A stretch of 64,000 nucleotides of DNA from Spirochaetia bacterium (GCA_965203515.1 OZ241907.1:3040001-3104000); one strand, 5' to 3'; positions 9,745-21,167 are shown, numbered from the stretch's first letter. Notes: generated from the letters alone by a model not told the origin. A program made the numbers and translations.

Positions 9745-10791
9745 ATGGCAACGACAGGCGATCGGCTCCGGTTCACCGCCGCGGCGGCCCTGTGTCTGGC
9801 CTCCCTTCCGTGGCCGGCAGCGGGCGATGCGAACGGTTCGCCGCGAGCGTGCACGGACGGCGCGCGTGAGCTTCGGCTGGGATTCTACGCCTTCTTCGCG
9901 CCGGTCAGCTACAGCGCGGACGAAGACCCGGAGTCGCCGGGCTTCGACACCCACCTGGGCTTCGAGGCCGATCTGCTGAACGCCCTCGAAGCGATGCGGA
10001 ACACCGGCCTCTCCTTTTCCCGCCGCGGCATCGCGCCGTGGGACGACATCTGGCTCCGGCCGGCCGGCCCGGAGTACGACGTCGTCAGCGGCGGCATCAC
10101 CATCCTCGACTCGCGGACGCGCGACGCCGACGGCCGGCAGGTCATCGCCTTCTCGACCGGCTACGTCGCCTTCCGGCAGAGCCTGCTGGTGCGCGCCGAA
10201 GACGCCGGCCGCCTGGCCGATTACGACCGGCTGACCGACGACGTCACCGCCGGCGTCCTGGCCAACACCACCGGCGAAGCGCGCCTGCTGCAGCTGACCG
10301 GATTGACCGGCGAGGACGGGACGCTGGCGGCGGGGGTACGGGTCGAGACGCCGGCCGGCACCGTGGTCGCGGACGGCAGCGCCGAGTACTTCATCAGCTC
10401 CGCCGGCGAGTCGCCGCTGCTGGCCAAGCGGCTCCGCCTGCACCCGCCGTCCGGCGGCGCGCCGCGGATCGTCTACCTCGGCGACGACCTGGGCGAACGG
10501 GAACTGATCGCCGCGCTCCGCGACGGCCGGATCGACGCGATCGCGCGGGGAGAGATCGGCAACAGCGACGCCGCGCACGACTCCGGCGGCGGCCTGGTGG
10601 TCGCGGCCCTGGACGATCGGGTCGAGTGGGGCGGCATGGCGCTGCCCGCCGCCGATGCCGAGCTGATCGCCTGTCTCGATGAACGGATCGATTGGCTCAC
10701 GGACCGGCGGAAGGTCGGATACGCCGAGTGGCGCGCCGACCCCGCCGTGTTCATGCGCCGCGCCGCGGCCTGGAACGCCCGCATCCCGTAA
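9745..10791 (+). CDS. Polar amino-acid-type substrate-binding protein (no adjacent permease)
   Basis: Signal-like N-terminus, FAPVSY, GFEADLL, DVVSGGITI..R, GVLANTTGE, DGRIDA. Confidence 0.75.
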   Translation: MATTGDRLRFTAAAALCLASLPWPAAGDANGSPRACTDGARELRLGFYAFFAPVSYSADEDPESPGFDTHLGFEADLLNALEAMRNTGLSFSRRGIAPWDDIWLRPAGPEYDVVSGGITILDSRTRDADGRQVIAFSTGYVAFRQSLLVRAEDAGRLADYDRLTDDVTAGVLANTTGEARLLQLTGLTGEDGTLAAGVRVETPAGTVVADGSAEYFISSAGESPLLAKRLRLHPPSGGAPRIVYLGDDLGERELIAALRDGRIDAIARGEIGNSDAAHDSGGGLVVAALDDRVEWGGMALPAADAELIACLDERIDWLTDRRKVGYAEWRADPAVFMRRAAAWNARIP

Positions 10792-10812
10792 GCCCACACG
10801 GAGCCCGCAATG

Positions 10813-10841
10813 AAAAAGGCCGCCGCACGGGCGACGGCCTT
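10813..10841 (-). terminator. Rho-independent terminator for the 10902-11567 gene
   Basis: Minus strand GGCCGTCGC-CCGT-GCGGCGGCC followed by TTTTT. Confidence 0.75.
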
Positions 10842-10901
10842 CGATAGATCCTGCAGCGGCGCCCGCGTGAGCGGGTCCGCTCGGATCGGGGAGCGATCCC
10901 C

Positions 10902-11567
10902 TTACATCCCCATGTCGATGGGGTGGGCGGAGAAGTTGCCGAAGCTGGCCGCCGCCGAGCTGGTGCCGACGCCGATCATGTTGTGGCCATCTTCCTCCAG
11001 CGATCGACCCAGCGTGAACGTCCACCACGTGACGTCGTCGAACGGGTCCTTGACCCACACGTTTCCATTGCTGGAATCGATGCGGATGCGCACGTGCAAC
11101 GGCGTGCTCATCACCGTCGACGCCGTGATGCCGGCGATCATCGACGCCGGGATTTCCCTGCTGTAGGTGACGCCGCCGTACTCGTGAATCTCACCGCTTT
11201 CGTTGTACACCTGCGCGTGCAACCCCGAACCGCCCAGGTTCTCGGGGTCCCATACCAGACCCATGACGAAGCCGGGCACGATGGCGCCGAAGGCGATGGC
11301 GTTGTCCTCCAGCCCGCCGAGGTAGGAGACATCGAAGGAGTACTCGGCCTTGCCCTGAATGCCGGCCGGCACCATGGCGCCGGCTACCCAGGCGTCGGCG
11401 TCGGTCTGCGCCAGCCGGCCGTCGATCTCCTGCCACGCGCCGCCGTCGGTGTAGACGCCGACGCCCATGTACATGACGTTCGCGCCCATCATGTCGTCGT
11501 CCATCTGCGCGAACGAGAATGAAGCCACCAGGGCTCCGAGTACCAAGATCGTCACTACGCGTTTCAC
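10902..11567 (-). CDS. Secreted hypothetical protein, probably a beta-sandwich
   Basis: Signal peptide MKRVVTILVLGALVASFSFA; AGAGAGG upstream; own terminator. Confidence 0.75.
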   Translation of the reverse strand: MKRVVTILVLGALVASFSFAQMDDDMMGANVMYMGVGVYTDGGAWQEIDGRLAQTDADAWVAGAMVPAGIQGKAEYSFDVSYLGGLEDNAIAFGAIVPGFVMGLVWDPENLGGSGLHAQVYNESGEIHEYGGVTYSREIPASMIAGITASTVMSTPLHVRIRIDSSNGNVWVKDPFDDVTWWTFTLGRSLEEDGHNMIGVGTSSAAASFGNFSAHPIDMGM

Positions 11568-11687
11568 GTTAGCTTGTACCTCTCTTGTTTTGGGAGTTGC
11601 GGCCGATCATACCGATGCCGGCAAGCCGGTGCAACCGGTCGCCGGTGATCTTGACGGCGAAGGCGGCGGGTACGACAGTGACGCTCC

Positions 11688-12755
11688 ATGGAGCGGCGGC
11701 TGGCGCGGATCGAAGCGGTGCTGTTCGATGCCCTCGCCCTCCTGGAGCCGGGCCCGCACCGGCCGGCGCTCACCTCCGATCGGGGAGCGCAGATCGTGGC
11801 GCCGGCCCGCCGTCTGATGGAGCGGGGCGGCAAGCGCTGGCGCGCCCTGTTCATGCAGCTCTCCTGCGAGATGCACGGCGGCGGCGACCGCGCGTTGCCG
11901 CTTACCCCGCTGGTGGAGCTCACGCACGCCGGCAGCCTGATCATCGACGACATAGAGGACGGGGCGCGCACGCGCCGCGGCGGCCCGGCCGCGCACCTGG
12001 AGTTCGGCGTGGACCTGGCCGTGAACGCCGGCAACCTGGCCTATTTCCTTCCCACGAAGATACTCGACCCGCCGCCGGAAGGCTCGACGACGCTCGCTGC
12101 GGCCGAAGCGTTGCGCGTGTACCGCATGTACGCCGCCACCATGCGCAAGCTGCACTACGGACAGGGGCTGGACATTCTCTGGCATCGGCCGGGAGCGGTC
12201 TCTCCGAGCGAGGCCGACTATCTGTCGATGTGCCGGCTGAAGTCGGGCAGCCTGGCCGGATTGGCGCTGGGGCTCGGAGCGGCTCTGGGCGGCGCCGAGG
12301 CGGCGGTCGTGACCTCGCTGGTCACCATCGGCGAGCGTTTCGGCGCCTCCTTTCAGATCATCGACGACGTCATCAACCTGGAGCGCGGCAACCCCGGCAA
12401 GGACCGCGGAGACGATCTGATCGAAGGCAAGAAGAGCCTGCCGGTCATCCTGCATCGGGAGCGCGGCGGCCCGGCCGAGCTGTGGGAATTGCTGGCCGGC
12501 ATCCAGAACCGGCCGATCGACCAGGTGCGGGCGCAGATCGACCGGGCCATCGCCCTGCTGCAGAGCAGCGGCAGCCTGCAGGACGCCCGCCGGCTCGCGA
12601 CCGGGCTCTACCGGCGGACGCGGTCCGAGCTCGCCGCGCTCGCTCCCCGCGGCGAACCGGCGCAGCGGCTGCTGGATACGGCCGACGCGCTCATCGGCGC
12701 CGGGCGGGGACGGCGCCGGGCGGGGACGACGCCGGGCGGGACGACGCCGGTTTGA
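11688..12755 (+). CDS. Polyprenyl synthetase (GGPP synthase-like)
   Basis: GGKRWR, IIDDIEDG..RRG, GQGLD, FQIIDD, DLIEGKKS. Confidence 0.92.
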   Translation: MERRLARIEAVLFDALALLEPGPHRPALTSDRGAQIVAPARRLMERGGKRWRALFMQLSCEMHGGGDRALPLTPLVELTHAGSLIIDDIEDGARTRRGGPAAHLEFGVDLAVNAGNLAYFLPTKILDPPPEGSTTLAAAEALRVYRMYAATMRKLHYGQGLDILWHRPGAVSPSEADYLSMCRLKSGSLAGLALGLGAALGGAEAAVVTSLVTIGERFGASFQIIDDVINLERGNPGKDRGDDLIEGKKSLPVILHRERGGPAELWELLAGIQNRPIDQVRAQIDRAIALLQSSGSLQDARRLATGLYRRTRSELAALAPRGEPAQRLLDTADALIGAGRGRRRAGTTPGGTTPV

Positions 12756-12781
12756 CCCCGTTCGGCAGCCGGCGGTAGCTT
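12752..12781 (+). promoter_or_regulatory. Sigma70-like promoter for the rhomboid gene, probably leaderless
   Basis: TTGACC-18 nt-TAGCTT, with GTG 6 nt downstream. Confidence 0.5.
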
Positions 12782-12787
12782 TTCGGG

Positions 12788-13417
12788 GTGCGCGACCGCG
12801 GCATGCTCAGCCGGCCGTTCCCGTACCGGCAGTACAACGCGACCACGTGGTTGATCGGCGTCACCGTCGCCGTCTACTTCCTGGTCCTGGCCCTGCCGGC
12901 GTACGTGGACGCGGCGGTCCTGCGACCGCTGATGCTGGCGCGCGAAGGCGCCGTCTGGCAGCTCGTCACCTACCTGTTCCTGCACGGCGGCATGTTGCAC
13001 CTGATCTTCAACATGCTCATGCTGTTCCTGTTCGGATCGCCCGTGGAACGGGAGATCGGCAGTTCCGAGTTCCTGACCCTCTACTTGGCCTGCGGGGTGC
13101 TCGCCGGCCTGTTCAGCACGATCCTGGCGCTGCTGTCAGCCGCGCCGGTGGCGATCCTGGGCGCGTCGGGCGCCGTGTACGGGGTCATGCTGGCCTACGC
13201 GGTGCTCAATCCCCATCAGATCGTCACCTTCTGGTTCATTCCCATGCGTTCGACCACCATGGTGCTCATCCTGGGCGGACTGGCGCTGCTGTTCCAGGTG
13301 ACCGGGCAGCGCACGCACGTCGCCCACCTGACCCATCTGGGCGGGTTGCTGGCCGGCTACATCTACCTGCGCGTGCGGCTCGGCATCGATCCGCTCGACG
13401 CATTCCGGCGCCGGTGA
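12788..13417 (+). CDS. Rhomboid family intramembrane serine protease
   Basis: WQLVTYLFLH, HLIFNM, GASGA catalytic Ser, HLTHLGG. Confidence 0.92.
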   Translation: MRDRGMLSRPFPYRQYNATTWLIGVTVAVYFLVLALPAYVDAAVLRPLMLAREGAVWQLVTYLFLHGGMLHLIFNMLMLFLFGSPVEREIGSSEFLTLYLACGVLAGLFSTILALLSAAPVAILGASGAVYGVMLAYAVLNPHQIVTFWFIPMRSTTMVLILGGLALLFQVTGQRTHVAHLTHLGGLLAGYIYLRVRLGIDPLDAFRRR

Positions 13418-15068
13418 CCGCCGCAGCCGTCGATCGCCGCAGAACGGCCGGCGCGGCGGCCGTCGTGGTCCTGTCGGCCGCCGCGCTGCTCATCGCCGCC
13501 GTTCCTCCCGCGCTCGCCGCCGACGAGGCGGCCGCGCGCGAGCTGACCGTCGCCTACGCCGGCCGGCCGTCGGTCGCCTTCGACCCGCTGCACGCCTTCA
13601 CGCATACCGAGGCGCAGCTCTTCACGGCGCTGTCGGAGGGTCTGGTCTCCTACCACCCGGTCACCCTGGCCCCGGTCCCCGGCGTGGCGCACACCTGGCG
13701 CGTATCCGGCGACGGCCTCCGCTACCGGTTCCTCCTGCGCGACAACGCCCGCTTCTCCGACGGCACGCGCGTGGTGGCGGAGGACTTTCGGGCTTCGTGG
13801 ATGCGCGTCATCGATCCCGGCGAACAGGCGGAATACTCGCTGATGTTCGACGTGATCCGCGGCGTCGCCGACTACCGCGCGGGGATCACCGGCGACCAGG
13901 AGCAGGTCGGCATCCGCGCCATCTCGCCCGGCGAGCTGGAGGTGGTGCTGGAGCGGCCGGCGGAGCACTTTCTGAGCATGCTGGCGCACCACGCCTTCGC
14001 CCCGGTCTACCCGGCCTACCGCGCGCAGGTCGGGTGGGAGCGGCAGGCGCCGATCATCGGCAACGGTCCGTTCCGGCTGGCCGAGTGGCAGGCAGGGGGG
14101 GGGGGGGGGGGGAGCTGGTCTTCGAGCGCAATCCGCACTACTGGGCGCGGTCGACGGTCGACCTGGACCGCGTCCGCATCCGCTTCATCGACGACCCGCG
14201 CGCCATCAACGCCGGCTTCCTGGCCGGCGACATCCATTGGGCCAACGACTTCGAGCTCTCGGATCAGATCCGGCCGTTCGTGGTCGCCAACCGGCTGTTC
14301 GGCACCACCTACTTCGTCTTCCGGTCGAGCGACCCGCCGTACGACGACGTGCGCGTGCGCCGCGCTCTGGCGCTGCTGGTGCCTTGGGAGACGGTGCGCA
14401 GCACCGAGCAGACATGGTACCCGACCAGCGCGCTGGTACCGCGGATGGCCGACTACCCGGCGGTAGAGGGGATCACCGCCGCGGATCCGCACACCGCCGG
14501 GCGCCTGCTCGAACAGGCCGGCTTCGCCGGCGGAGCCGGCCTGCCGCCGATCGTCATCAAGGTGGCGGGCTCCGGGTCGGCGGCGCAGTTGGCCCGGCTT
14601 CTGGAGCAGGCATGGGAGGCCGATCCGGGGGTCGACGTCACCGTCGCGCAGATGCGGGAGTACGGCGATTACCTGGCGGAGATCAAGGCCGGCGCGTTCA
14701 CCCTGACGATCGGCAGTTGGATCGGCGACTTCGCCGATCCGATCACCTTCCTGCAGATGTGGACCAGCGGGAGCAACCTCAACGACGCCGGCTACGCCTC
14801 CCGCGACTACGACCGGACGATAGATCGGGCGCTGGGGGCGACCGGCCTGGAGCGCCTGCAGCTACTCGCCGAGGCCGAGGCGTTGCTGCTGCAGGACGCG
14901 GTCATCCTGCCGGTCGACCACTCGGCCACCGTATCGCTCATCGACCTGCAGCGGATCGACGGCTGGACGCCCAACCTGCTCGACATCCACCCCTTCCGCT
15001 ACTTGGGCTTCCGGCGGGCGGACTTGCCCGCCGGGGTCGCCGCGGTACCGGAGCCGACGCCCGGCTGA
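13414..15068 (+). pseudogene. Oligopeptide ABC substrate-binding protein (OppA-like), frameshifted at a G18 tract
   Basis: N-half EGLV..PGVA..W..LRDNARFSDG..NGPF is in one frame; C-half ELVFERNPHYW..WIGDFADP is in another; the switch is at the poly-G. Confidence 0.85.
14095..14112 (+). repeat. Homopolymeric G18 tract
   Basis: 18 consecutive G. Confidence 0.95.
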
Positions 15069-15799
15069 TCGCCCTGACCGCGGCCCGGCTGCTCGCCCTG
15101 CGCGAAGCGTTGCAGCAGGTCGAGCAGGTGACGGCGCAGCAGATACCCGGCCGCGAACAGCGCCACCGCCACGCCGAGGGCGATCCCCACCGCCGTCCAC
15201 TGCCGCTCGGCCAGCGCTTCGCCGAGCACCACGCTCACCGCCACCCCCGGCAGGCGCCCGGCGGTGCTGGCCAGCAGATAGACGCCCAGGCGGATCGGGC
15301 CGATGCCGGCCACGTAGCACAGGACATCCTTGGGGATGCCGGGGATCAGGTAGAGCAGGAACAGGGTCGCCACGCCGCGGGGCGACGCGATCAACTCCTC
15401 CACCTGCCGGCTGCGCGCCTCCGACACGATCGCGCGCAGAAACGGCCGCCCCAGCGCGCGCGACAGCAGGAAGCCGATCGCGGAGCCGAGCGCGGCGCCG
15501 GCCAGCGTGAGGGCGATGCCCAGCGGGATGCCGAACAGGTACCCCGCCGCCACCTGCGGCACCTCGCCCGGGATCACGAAGATCACCACCTGCAGCACCT
15601 GGATCGCAATGAACGCGGCAGGGGCGGCCACCCCGTAGCCGTCGACCCAGGCGCGCAGCGCCTCCTGATCGCGCACCAAGCCCCATATCGGTTCCCAGTA
15701 GATGATCACGACCGCCGCCATCGCCGCGAACAGCGCCGGGTATGCGGCGATGCTGAGCACCCGCTTCAGCCGGCTGCCGGACCGTTCCGAGCCGATCAT
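14999..15799 (-). CDS. TVP38/TMEM64 (DedA/VTT domain) membrane protein
   Basis: QVVIFVIPGE..GYLFG, LIPGIPKDVLCYVAG. Confidence 0.9.
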   Translation of the reverse strand: MIGSERSGSRLKRVLSIAAYPALFAAMAAVVIIYWEPIWGLVRDQEALRAWVDGYGVAAPAAFIAIQVLQVVIFVIPGEVPQVAAGYLFGIPLGIALTLAGAALGSAIGFLLSRALGRPFLRAIVSEARSRQVEELIASPRGVATLFLLYLIPGIPKDVLCYVAGIGPIRLGVYLLASTAGRLPGVAVSVVLGEALAERQWTAVGIALGVAVALFAAGYLLRRHLLDLLQRFAQGEQPGRGQGDQPGVGSGTAATPAGKSARRKPK

Positions 15800-15812
15800 G
15801 GGCGGGTCGGCT

Positions 15813-15841
15813 TTGACCCGGAGCCGGGTCTGTGCGATACT
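15813..15841 (+). promoter_or_regulatory. Sigma70-like promoter of carD, probably leaderless
   Basis: TTGACC-17 nt-GATACT, ATG 6 nt downstream, no SD. Confidence 0.55.
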
Positions 15842-15847
15842 TCGTAC

Positions 15848-16813
15848 ATGAGGTCAGCCGCGTCTCCCAGTGAGGGTGCGATCCAGTCTACCGAGACGAC
15901 GGAATCGACGCAGCCGGCCGCAATCGCGCAACCAGAGGCAGGCGCGCAACCAGAGGCGGTCACGCAAACAGAGGAGGTCACGCAACCGGAGGCAGGAGCG
16001 CCAACAGAGGCGGTCGAACCGCTGCCGGCGGAACCAGCGGCAGCCGAGCCTGTGGCAGCCCAACCGGCGCGACCCAAACCCGCCAAGCGGAAGTCCGGCG
16101 GGAGCCGCAGTACCAGGCGCGCGCCCGCAGACGGGGATGCGCCGCCGCCGAGCGGCTCGGCCAACGGAGCGAACGGCACCGCGGCCGGGGCCTCCGCGCC
16201 GGCCACCGCCAAGGCGGACCAAGCACCGAAGGCCGCGACCACGACCACCGCGGCCCGGAGCAGCCGGCGCCGGACGACCCGCCCCCGGACCCGGTACGCC
16301 GTGGGCCAGCAGATCGTCTATCCGCTGCAGGGGGTGGGACGGGTCGAGCGGCTGGAGGAGCGGGATTTTCAGGGCAAGCCGACCCTGTACTACGTCGTCT
16401 ATCTGGAAGTCTCCGACATGACGATCATGATCCCCGTGGACAAGGCGGACCACCTGGGCATCCGCGCCATCGTCAGCAAGCGCAAGGCGGAGCGCGCCCT
16501 GCGGCTGATCGCCGAGGACTTCGACCCGATCCCGACCGACTGGAAGCTGCGCTATCAGATGAACCTCGATCTGCTGAAGCGGGGCGCGGTCAACGACATC
16601 GCCTCCGTGGTACGCTCATTGTCCTACCGCAGCCGGATCAAGGAGCTGCCGATCCTGGAGCGCAAGCTGTTCGACAGCGCGTTGCGGCTGATGGTGGATG
16701 AGGTCTCGTACTCCCTCGGCAAGGACAAGAGCGACATCGAGCAGCTGATCGAAGAGCGGCTGGCGAACGTCAAGCAGAAGGGCGACGAAGAGGTCAAGCC
16801 CAAGACCGCCTGA
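15848..16813 (+). CDS. carD: CarD family transcriptional regulator with a long low-complexity N-terminal extension
   Basis: YAVGQQIVYPLQGVG, MTIMIPV, DWKLRYQMN, ERKLFDSA. Confidence 0.88.
   Translation: MRSAASPSEGAIQSTETTESTQPAAIAQPEAGAQPEAVTQTEEVTQPEAGAPTEAVEPLPAEPAAAEPVAAQPARPKPAKRKSGGSRSTRRAPADGDAPPPSGSANGANGTAAGASAPATAKADQAPKAATTTTAARSSRRRTTRPRTRYAVGQQIVYPLQGVGRVERLEERDFQGKPTLYYVVYLEVSDMTIMIPVDKADHLGIRAIVSKRKAERALRLIAEDFDPIPTDWKLRYQMNLDLLKRGAVNDIASVVRSLSYRSRIKELPILERKLFDSALRLMVDEVSYSLGKDKSDIEQLIEERLANVKQKGDEEVKPKTA
15926..16015 (+). repeat. Five degenerate 18-bp tandem repeats in the carD N-terminus
   Basis: AQPEAG/AQPEAV/TQTEEV/TQPEAG/APTEAV. Confidence 0.8.
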
Positions 16814-16847
16814 TCGACCTTCGGCCCGCTACGACGGTCCCTGACCG

Positions 16848-17435
16848 CTACGACGGACCCTCCAGCTCGGTGATGCGGTCGCGCAACCGCGCCGCCTCCT
16901 CATAGTTCTCTTCGCGGACGGCCGACGCCAGTTCCTGCTTGAGCCGTCCGACCACGTCGACTCCGCCGCCGCCCTCATCGGCCTCGGCGTCTTCCCCGCC
17001 GTCGGCGGCCTCGCCGCCCTCCACGTTCGATACCGGGATGGCCGCCTGATCCACTACGTCCTCATCGATGAAGATCGGACACCTGGCCCGCAACGCGATG
17101 GCGATGGCGTCCGACGTGCGCGAGTCGACCTCCACCTCCCGGCCGTCCTGCAGCAGCACCAGGCGCGAGAAGAAGGTGCCGTTGCCGCCGATGTTCTTGA
17201 TCTCCGTGATCTCGACGCGCTCCACGGAGACCTGCAGCGCGGCCAGCGTCTGCAGGAACAGGTCGTGCGTCAGCGGCCGGCTCTGCCGTTCGCCGCGCAG
17301 GGCGATGTAGATCGACTGAGCTATGCAGCCGTCGACATAGACCGGAACGGCCACGTTCGCTCCGGTCGGCCGGATCAGCACGGCCGGCCCTTCGGGCGCG
17401 CGGGCCATCGTCCAGACGTCAGCGGGGCGCAGCAT
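16848..17435 (-). CDS. Bifunctional nuclease family (DUF151) protein with C-terminal UVR domain
   Basis: RPLTHDL, DSRTSDAIAIALR, AVREENYEEAARLRD. Confidence 0.9.
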   Translation of the reverse strand: MLRPADVWTMARAPEGPAVLIRPTGANVAVPVYVDGCIAQSIYIALRGERQSRPLTHDLFLQTLAALQVSVERVEITEIKNIGGNGTFFSRLVLLQDGREVEVDSRTSDAIAIALRARCPIFIDEDVVDQAAIPVSNVEGGEAADGGEDAEADEGGGGVDVVGRLKQELASAVREENYEEAARLRDRITELEGPS

Positions 17436-17437
17436 CG

Positions 17438-18662
<1,225 letters not shown>

Positions 18663-18685
<23 letters not shown>

Positions 18686-19283
18686 CAGCGCGCCTCGTGA
18701 GGACCTTGTCGATCAGGCCGTACTCCGCAGCCTCGTCCGACGACATATAGTAGTCCCGTTCCAGATCCTGCGCAACGACGCTCTCGTCCTTGCCGGTGCA
18801 CTCCGCGAAGTAGCTGATGATCAGGCGCTTCAGACGCACCAGCTCGCGCGCCTGGATGCCTATGTCGGCCGCCTGCCCGGAAACGCCGCCCCACGGCTGG
18901 TGGATCAGCAGCCGGGCGGACGGCAGGGCGGTCCGCTTGCCCCTGGTGCCGGCCGCCAGCAGCAGGGCGCCCATCGACGCCGCCTGCCCCAGGCAGATCG
19001 TCTGCACGTCCGCGCTGATGTAGCGGAGCGTGTCGTAGATCGCCAGCCCGGCGGTCACCACGCCGCCGGGCGAGTTGATGTAGACGTGGATGTCCTTCTC
19101 CGGGTCCTGCGACTCCAGGAACAGGAGCTGCGCCACCACCAGGTCGGCGGTGATGTCATATATCTCTCCGTCGATGAAGACGATGCGGTCCTTGAGCAGC
19201 CGCGAGTAGATGTCGTAGGACCGTTCGCCGCGCCCGGTCTGTTCTATGACGATCGGGACGAGCGCGTTGAGCTGTTCGTTCAT
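18663..19283 (-). CDS. clpP: Clp protease proteolytic subunit ClpP
   Basis: [34 protein letters not shown]. Confidence 0.97.
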
Positions 19284-19351
19284 AGGGTGAGTTCGTCCAT
19301 GGCAGGTTCGATGCGGCCCGCACGGCGTCTCCCGGCGGCGCCGTCTCAAAG

Positions 19352-20701
19352 TTAGCCCTTTCCCGATACCAAGTCCACATAGGAGAGCTCGTCGCCGTCC
19401 CGGACCGCGGCCAGCTCGATCAGACGGTCGTAGAGCTTCTCGTTGCGGAGCTCGGTGCGCAGCGACGCCAGCATGTCATCGCGCTCGTAGACCTTCCGCA
19501 CCTGTTCGACATCCGCGGAGCGCGCCTGCGCAAGGCGCTCGATCGCCTGCTCGACCTCCGCGCCGTCGACCTCGATGCCTTCGACGTCCGCCAGCCGGTC
19601 GGCGATCAACATCAGGCGCGTGCGCTGCTCGACGGCCGGACGCCACCGCTCGATCACCGTCTCGCGGTCGGTCCCGGACCGCTGCAGCTCGACGGTCGCC
19701 CGGCGCTCGCTGCCGCCGTAGCGCGACACCATCGACGCCCACTGGGCCGCCAGGCCGGCATCGACCAGCGATCGCGGCAGGGGGACCACCGAGTTCTCGT
19801 CGACGGCGGTGATGATCGCGGAGATCAGCCGCTCGCGAACGATCCGGCGGCCGTTGCGGAGCAGGCGCTCGCGGATGTCCGCCTGCAGGTCTTCCAGGGA
19901 CTGGAAGCGATCGCTGACATCTTGCGCCAATTCGTCGTCCAGGTCCGGCAATTGCTTCTCCCGCAGGCGGCGCACGCGGACGCGCAGGACCAGCGATCGG
20001 CCGGCGAGCGACGCCTCCCCGAAGTCGCCGGGGTAGGTCTTGGCGATGTCGCGCTCCTCGTCGACGCGCATGCCGACCAGGTCGTCGTCGATGCGGTGCA
20101 GGTTGTAGCCGGTGCCGACCTCGAACACGAACCCCTCCCGCCGCGTCGCGGCGGCCGGACGGCCGCCGTCGACCTCGACGTAGTCGATCTCCACCACGTC
20201 GCCGGCTTCGACCACGTCGCCCTGCTTCTCCACGATCACGGCGTTCCGCTCGCGGATCGCGTCGAGTTCGCGCGCCAGGTCCGCGTCGTCGACGCGGAAG
20301 CGGAGCCGCTTCACCGCCACCCCCCGGTAGCGTCCCAGGCTCACCGCCGGCTTGGTGTCGTAGAGCAGGTCGAACCGGAACGGCGATCCGGGCGCCAACG
20401 GCTCGGCCGGCTCCGCGCGCGGGTGCGAGGTGCGGATCGGCGGATGTTCTGCCGCCTCCAGCGCCTGCCGGGCCGCTTCGCCGATGATCGTCTCGGCGGT
20501 CTCCGCCAGCATCGCGTCTCCCGCCTTGCGGATCAGGACGTCACGCGGCACCTTGCCCTTGCGAAAGCCCTTGATACGGACGGTGCGGCGGTGCTTGGCG
20601 ACGGTGGCGTCGTACACGCGCTGCACCTCCGACGCCGCGACCGTGACCGACAGCCGGACTTCGGCGTTCTGCTGAAGGTGCTCTTCCTGGTGCTGTATCA
20701 C
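19352..20701 (-). CDS. tig: Trigger factor
   Basis: [10 protein letters not shown] ribosome-binding motif; canonical tig-clpP-clpX order. Confidence 0.95.
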   Translation of the reverse strand: MIQHQEEHLQQNAEVRLSVTVAASEVQRVYDATVAKHRRTVRIKGFRKGKVPRDVLIRKAGDAMLAETAETIIGEAARQALEAAEHPPIRTSHPRAEPAEPLAPGSPFRFDLLYDTKPAVSLGRYRGVAVKRLRFRVDDADLARELDAIRERNAVIVEKQGDVVEAGDVVEIDYVEVDGGRPAAATRREGFVFEVGTGYNLHRIDDDLVGMRVDEERDIAKTYPGDFGEASLAGRSLVLRVRVRRLREKQLPDLDDELAQDVSDRFQSLEDLQADIRERLLRNGRRIVRERLISAIITAVDENSVVPLPRSLVDAGLAAQWASMVSRYGGSERRATVELQRSGTDRETVIERWRPAVEQRTRLMLIADRLADVEGIEVDGAEVEQAIERLAQARSADVEQVRKVYERDDMLASLRTELRNEKLYDRLIELAAVRDGDELSYVDLVSGKG

Positions 20702-20765
20702 GCGCGTCAGTCCGGGTAGCGGCGCTCGCGGCCGAGTGAGCGGCGCAGGGCCGCCGTCAGAGCGT

Positions 20766-20837
20766 AGCGGGAAACGGGATTTGAACCCGCGACTTCCACC
20801 TTGGCAAGGTGGCGCTCTACCCCTGAGCTATTCCCGC
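20766..20837 (-). tRNA. tRNA-Gly(GCC)
   Basis: GCGGGAATAGCTCAG..CCACCTTGCCAAGGTGG..GGTTCAAATCCC cloverleaf. Confidence 0.96.
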
Positions 20838-20847
20838 GTCGAACACG

Positions 20848-20929
20848 TGCGAGAGAAGGGACTCGAACCCTCATGCCTTGCGGCACCAGATCCTAAGTCT
20901 GGCGTGTCTGCCGGTTCCACCACTCTCGC
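20848..20929 (-). tRNA. tRNA-Leu(TAG)
   Basis: GCGAGAGTGGTGGAA..CCAGACTTAGGATCTGG, long variable arm, GGTTCGAGTCC. Confidence 0.96.
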
Positions 20930-20999
20930 GGCATCTCGCGTACCCCACACCGTGCACTGCGAGCGGCGCCTGCGTCAAGCGGCGAGACGCCGATTCGCC

Positions 21000-21072
21000 T
21001 GAGCCGTGAAGGACTCGAACCTTCGACCCGCAGATTAAGAGTCTGCTGCTCTACCAACTGAGCTAACGGCCC
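21000..21072 (-). tRNA. tRNA-Lys(CTT)
   Basis: GGGCCGTTAGCTCAGTTGG..CAGACTCTTAATCTG..GGTTCGAGTCC. Confidence 0.96.
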
Positions 21073-21078
21073 GCCCCC

Positions 21079-21152
21079 CACGCCCGGCAGGACTCGAACC
21101 TGCGACCTACGGATTCGAAGTCCGTCGCTCTATCCAACTGAGCTACGGGCGC
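21079..21152 (-). tRNA. tRNA-Arg(TCG)
   Basis: GCGCCCGTAGCTCAGTTGGATAGAGC..ACGGACTTCGAATCCGT..GGTTCGAGTCC. Confidence 0.95.
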
Positions 21153-21167
21153 AGCCGTGGAGCGTCG

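Noticed and set aside
11618..11646. GC-rich hairpin between divergent genes as an ncRNA or riboswitch
   Set aside because: Imperfect stem expected by chance at this GC content; no recognisable motif.
14999..15068. 70-bp convergent overlap of oppA and the TVP38 gene as antisense regulation
   Set aside because: More simply explained by stop-codon scarcity and low-complexity tails.
14237..15847. 858-aa ORF read as a giant CarD fusion
   Set aside because: The upstream part overlaps oppA out of frame and the TVP38 gene antisense; a promoter and ATG lie at 15813-15850.
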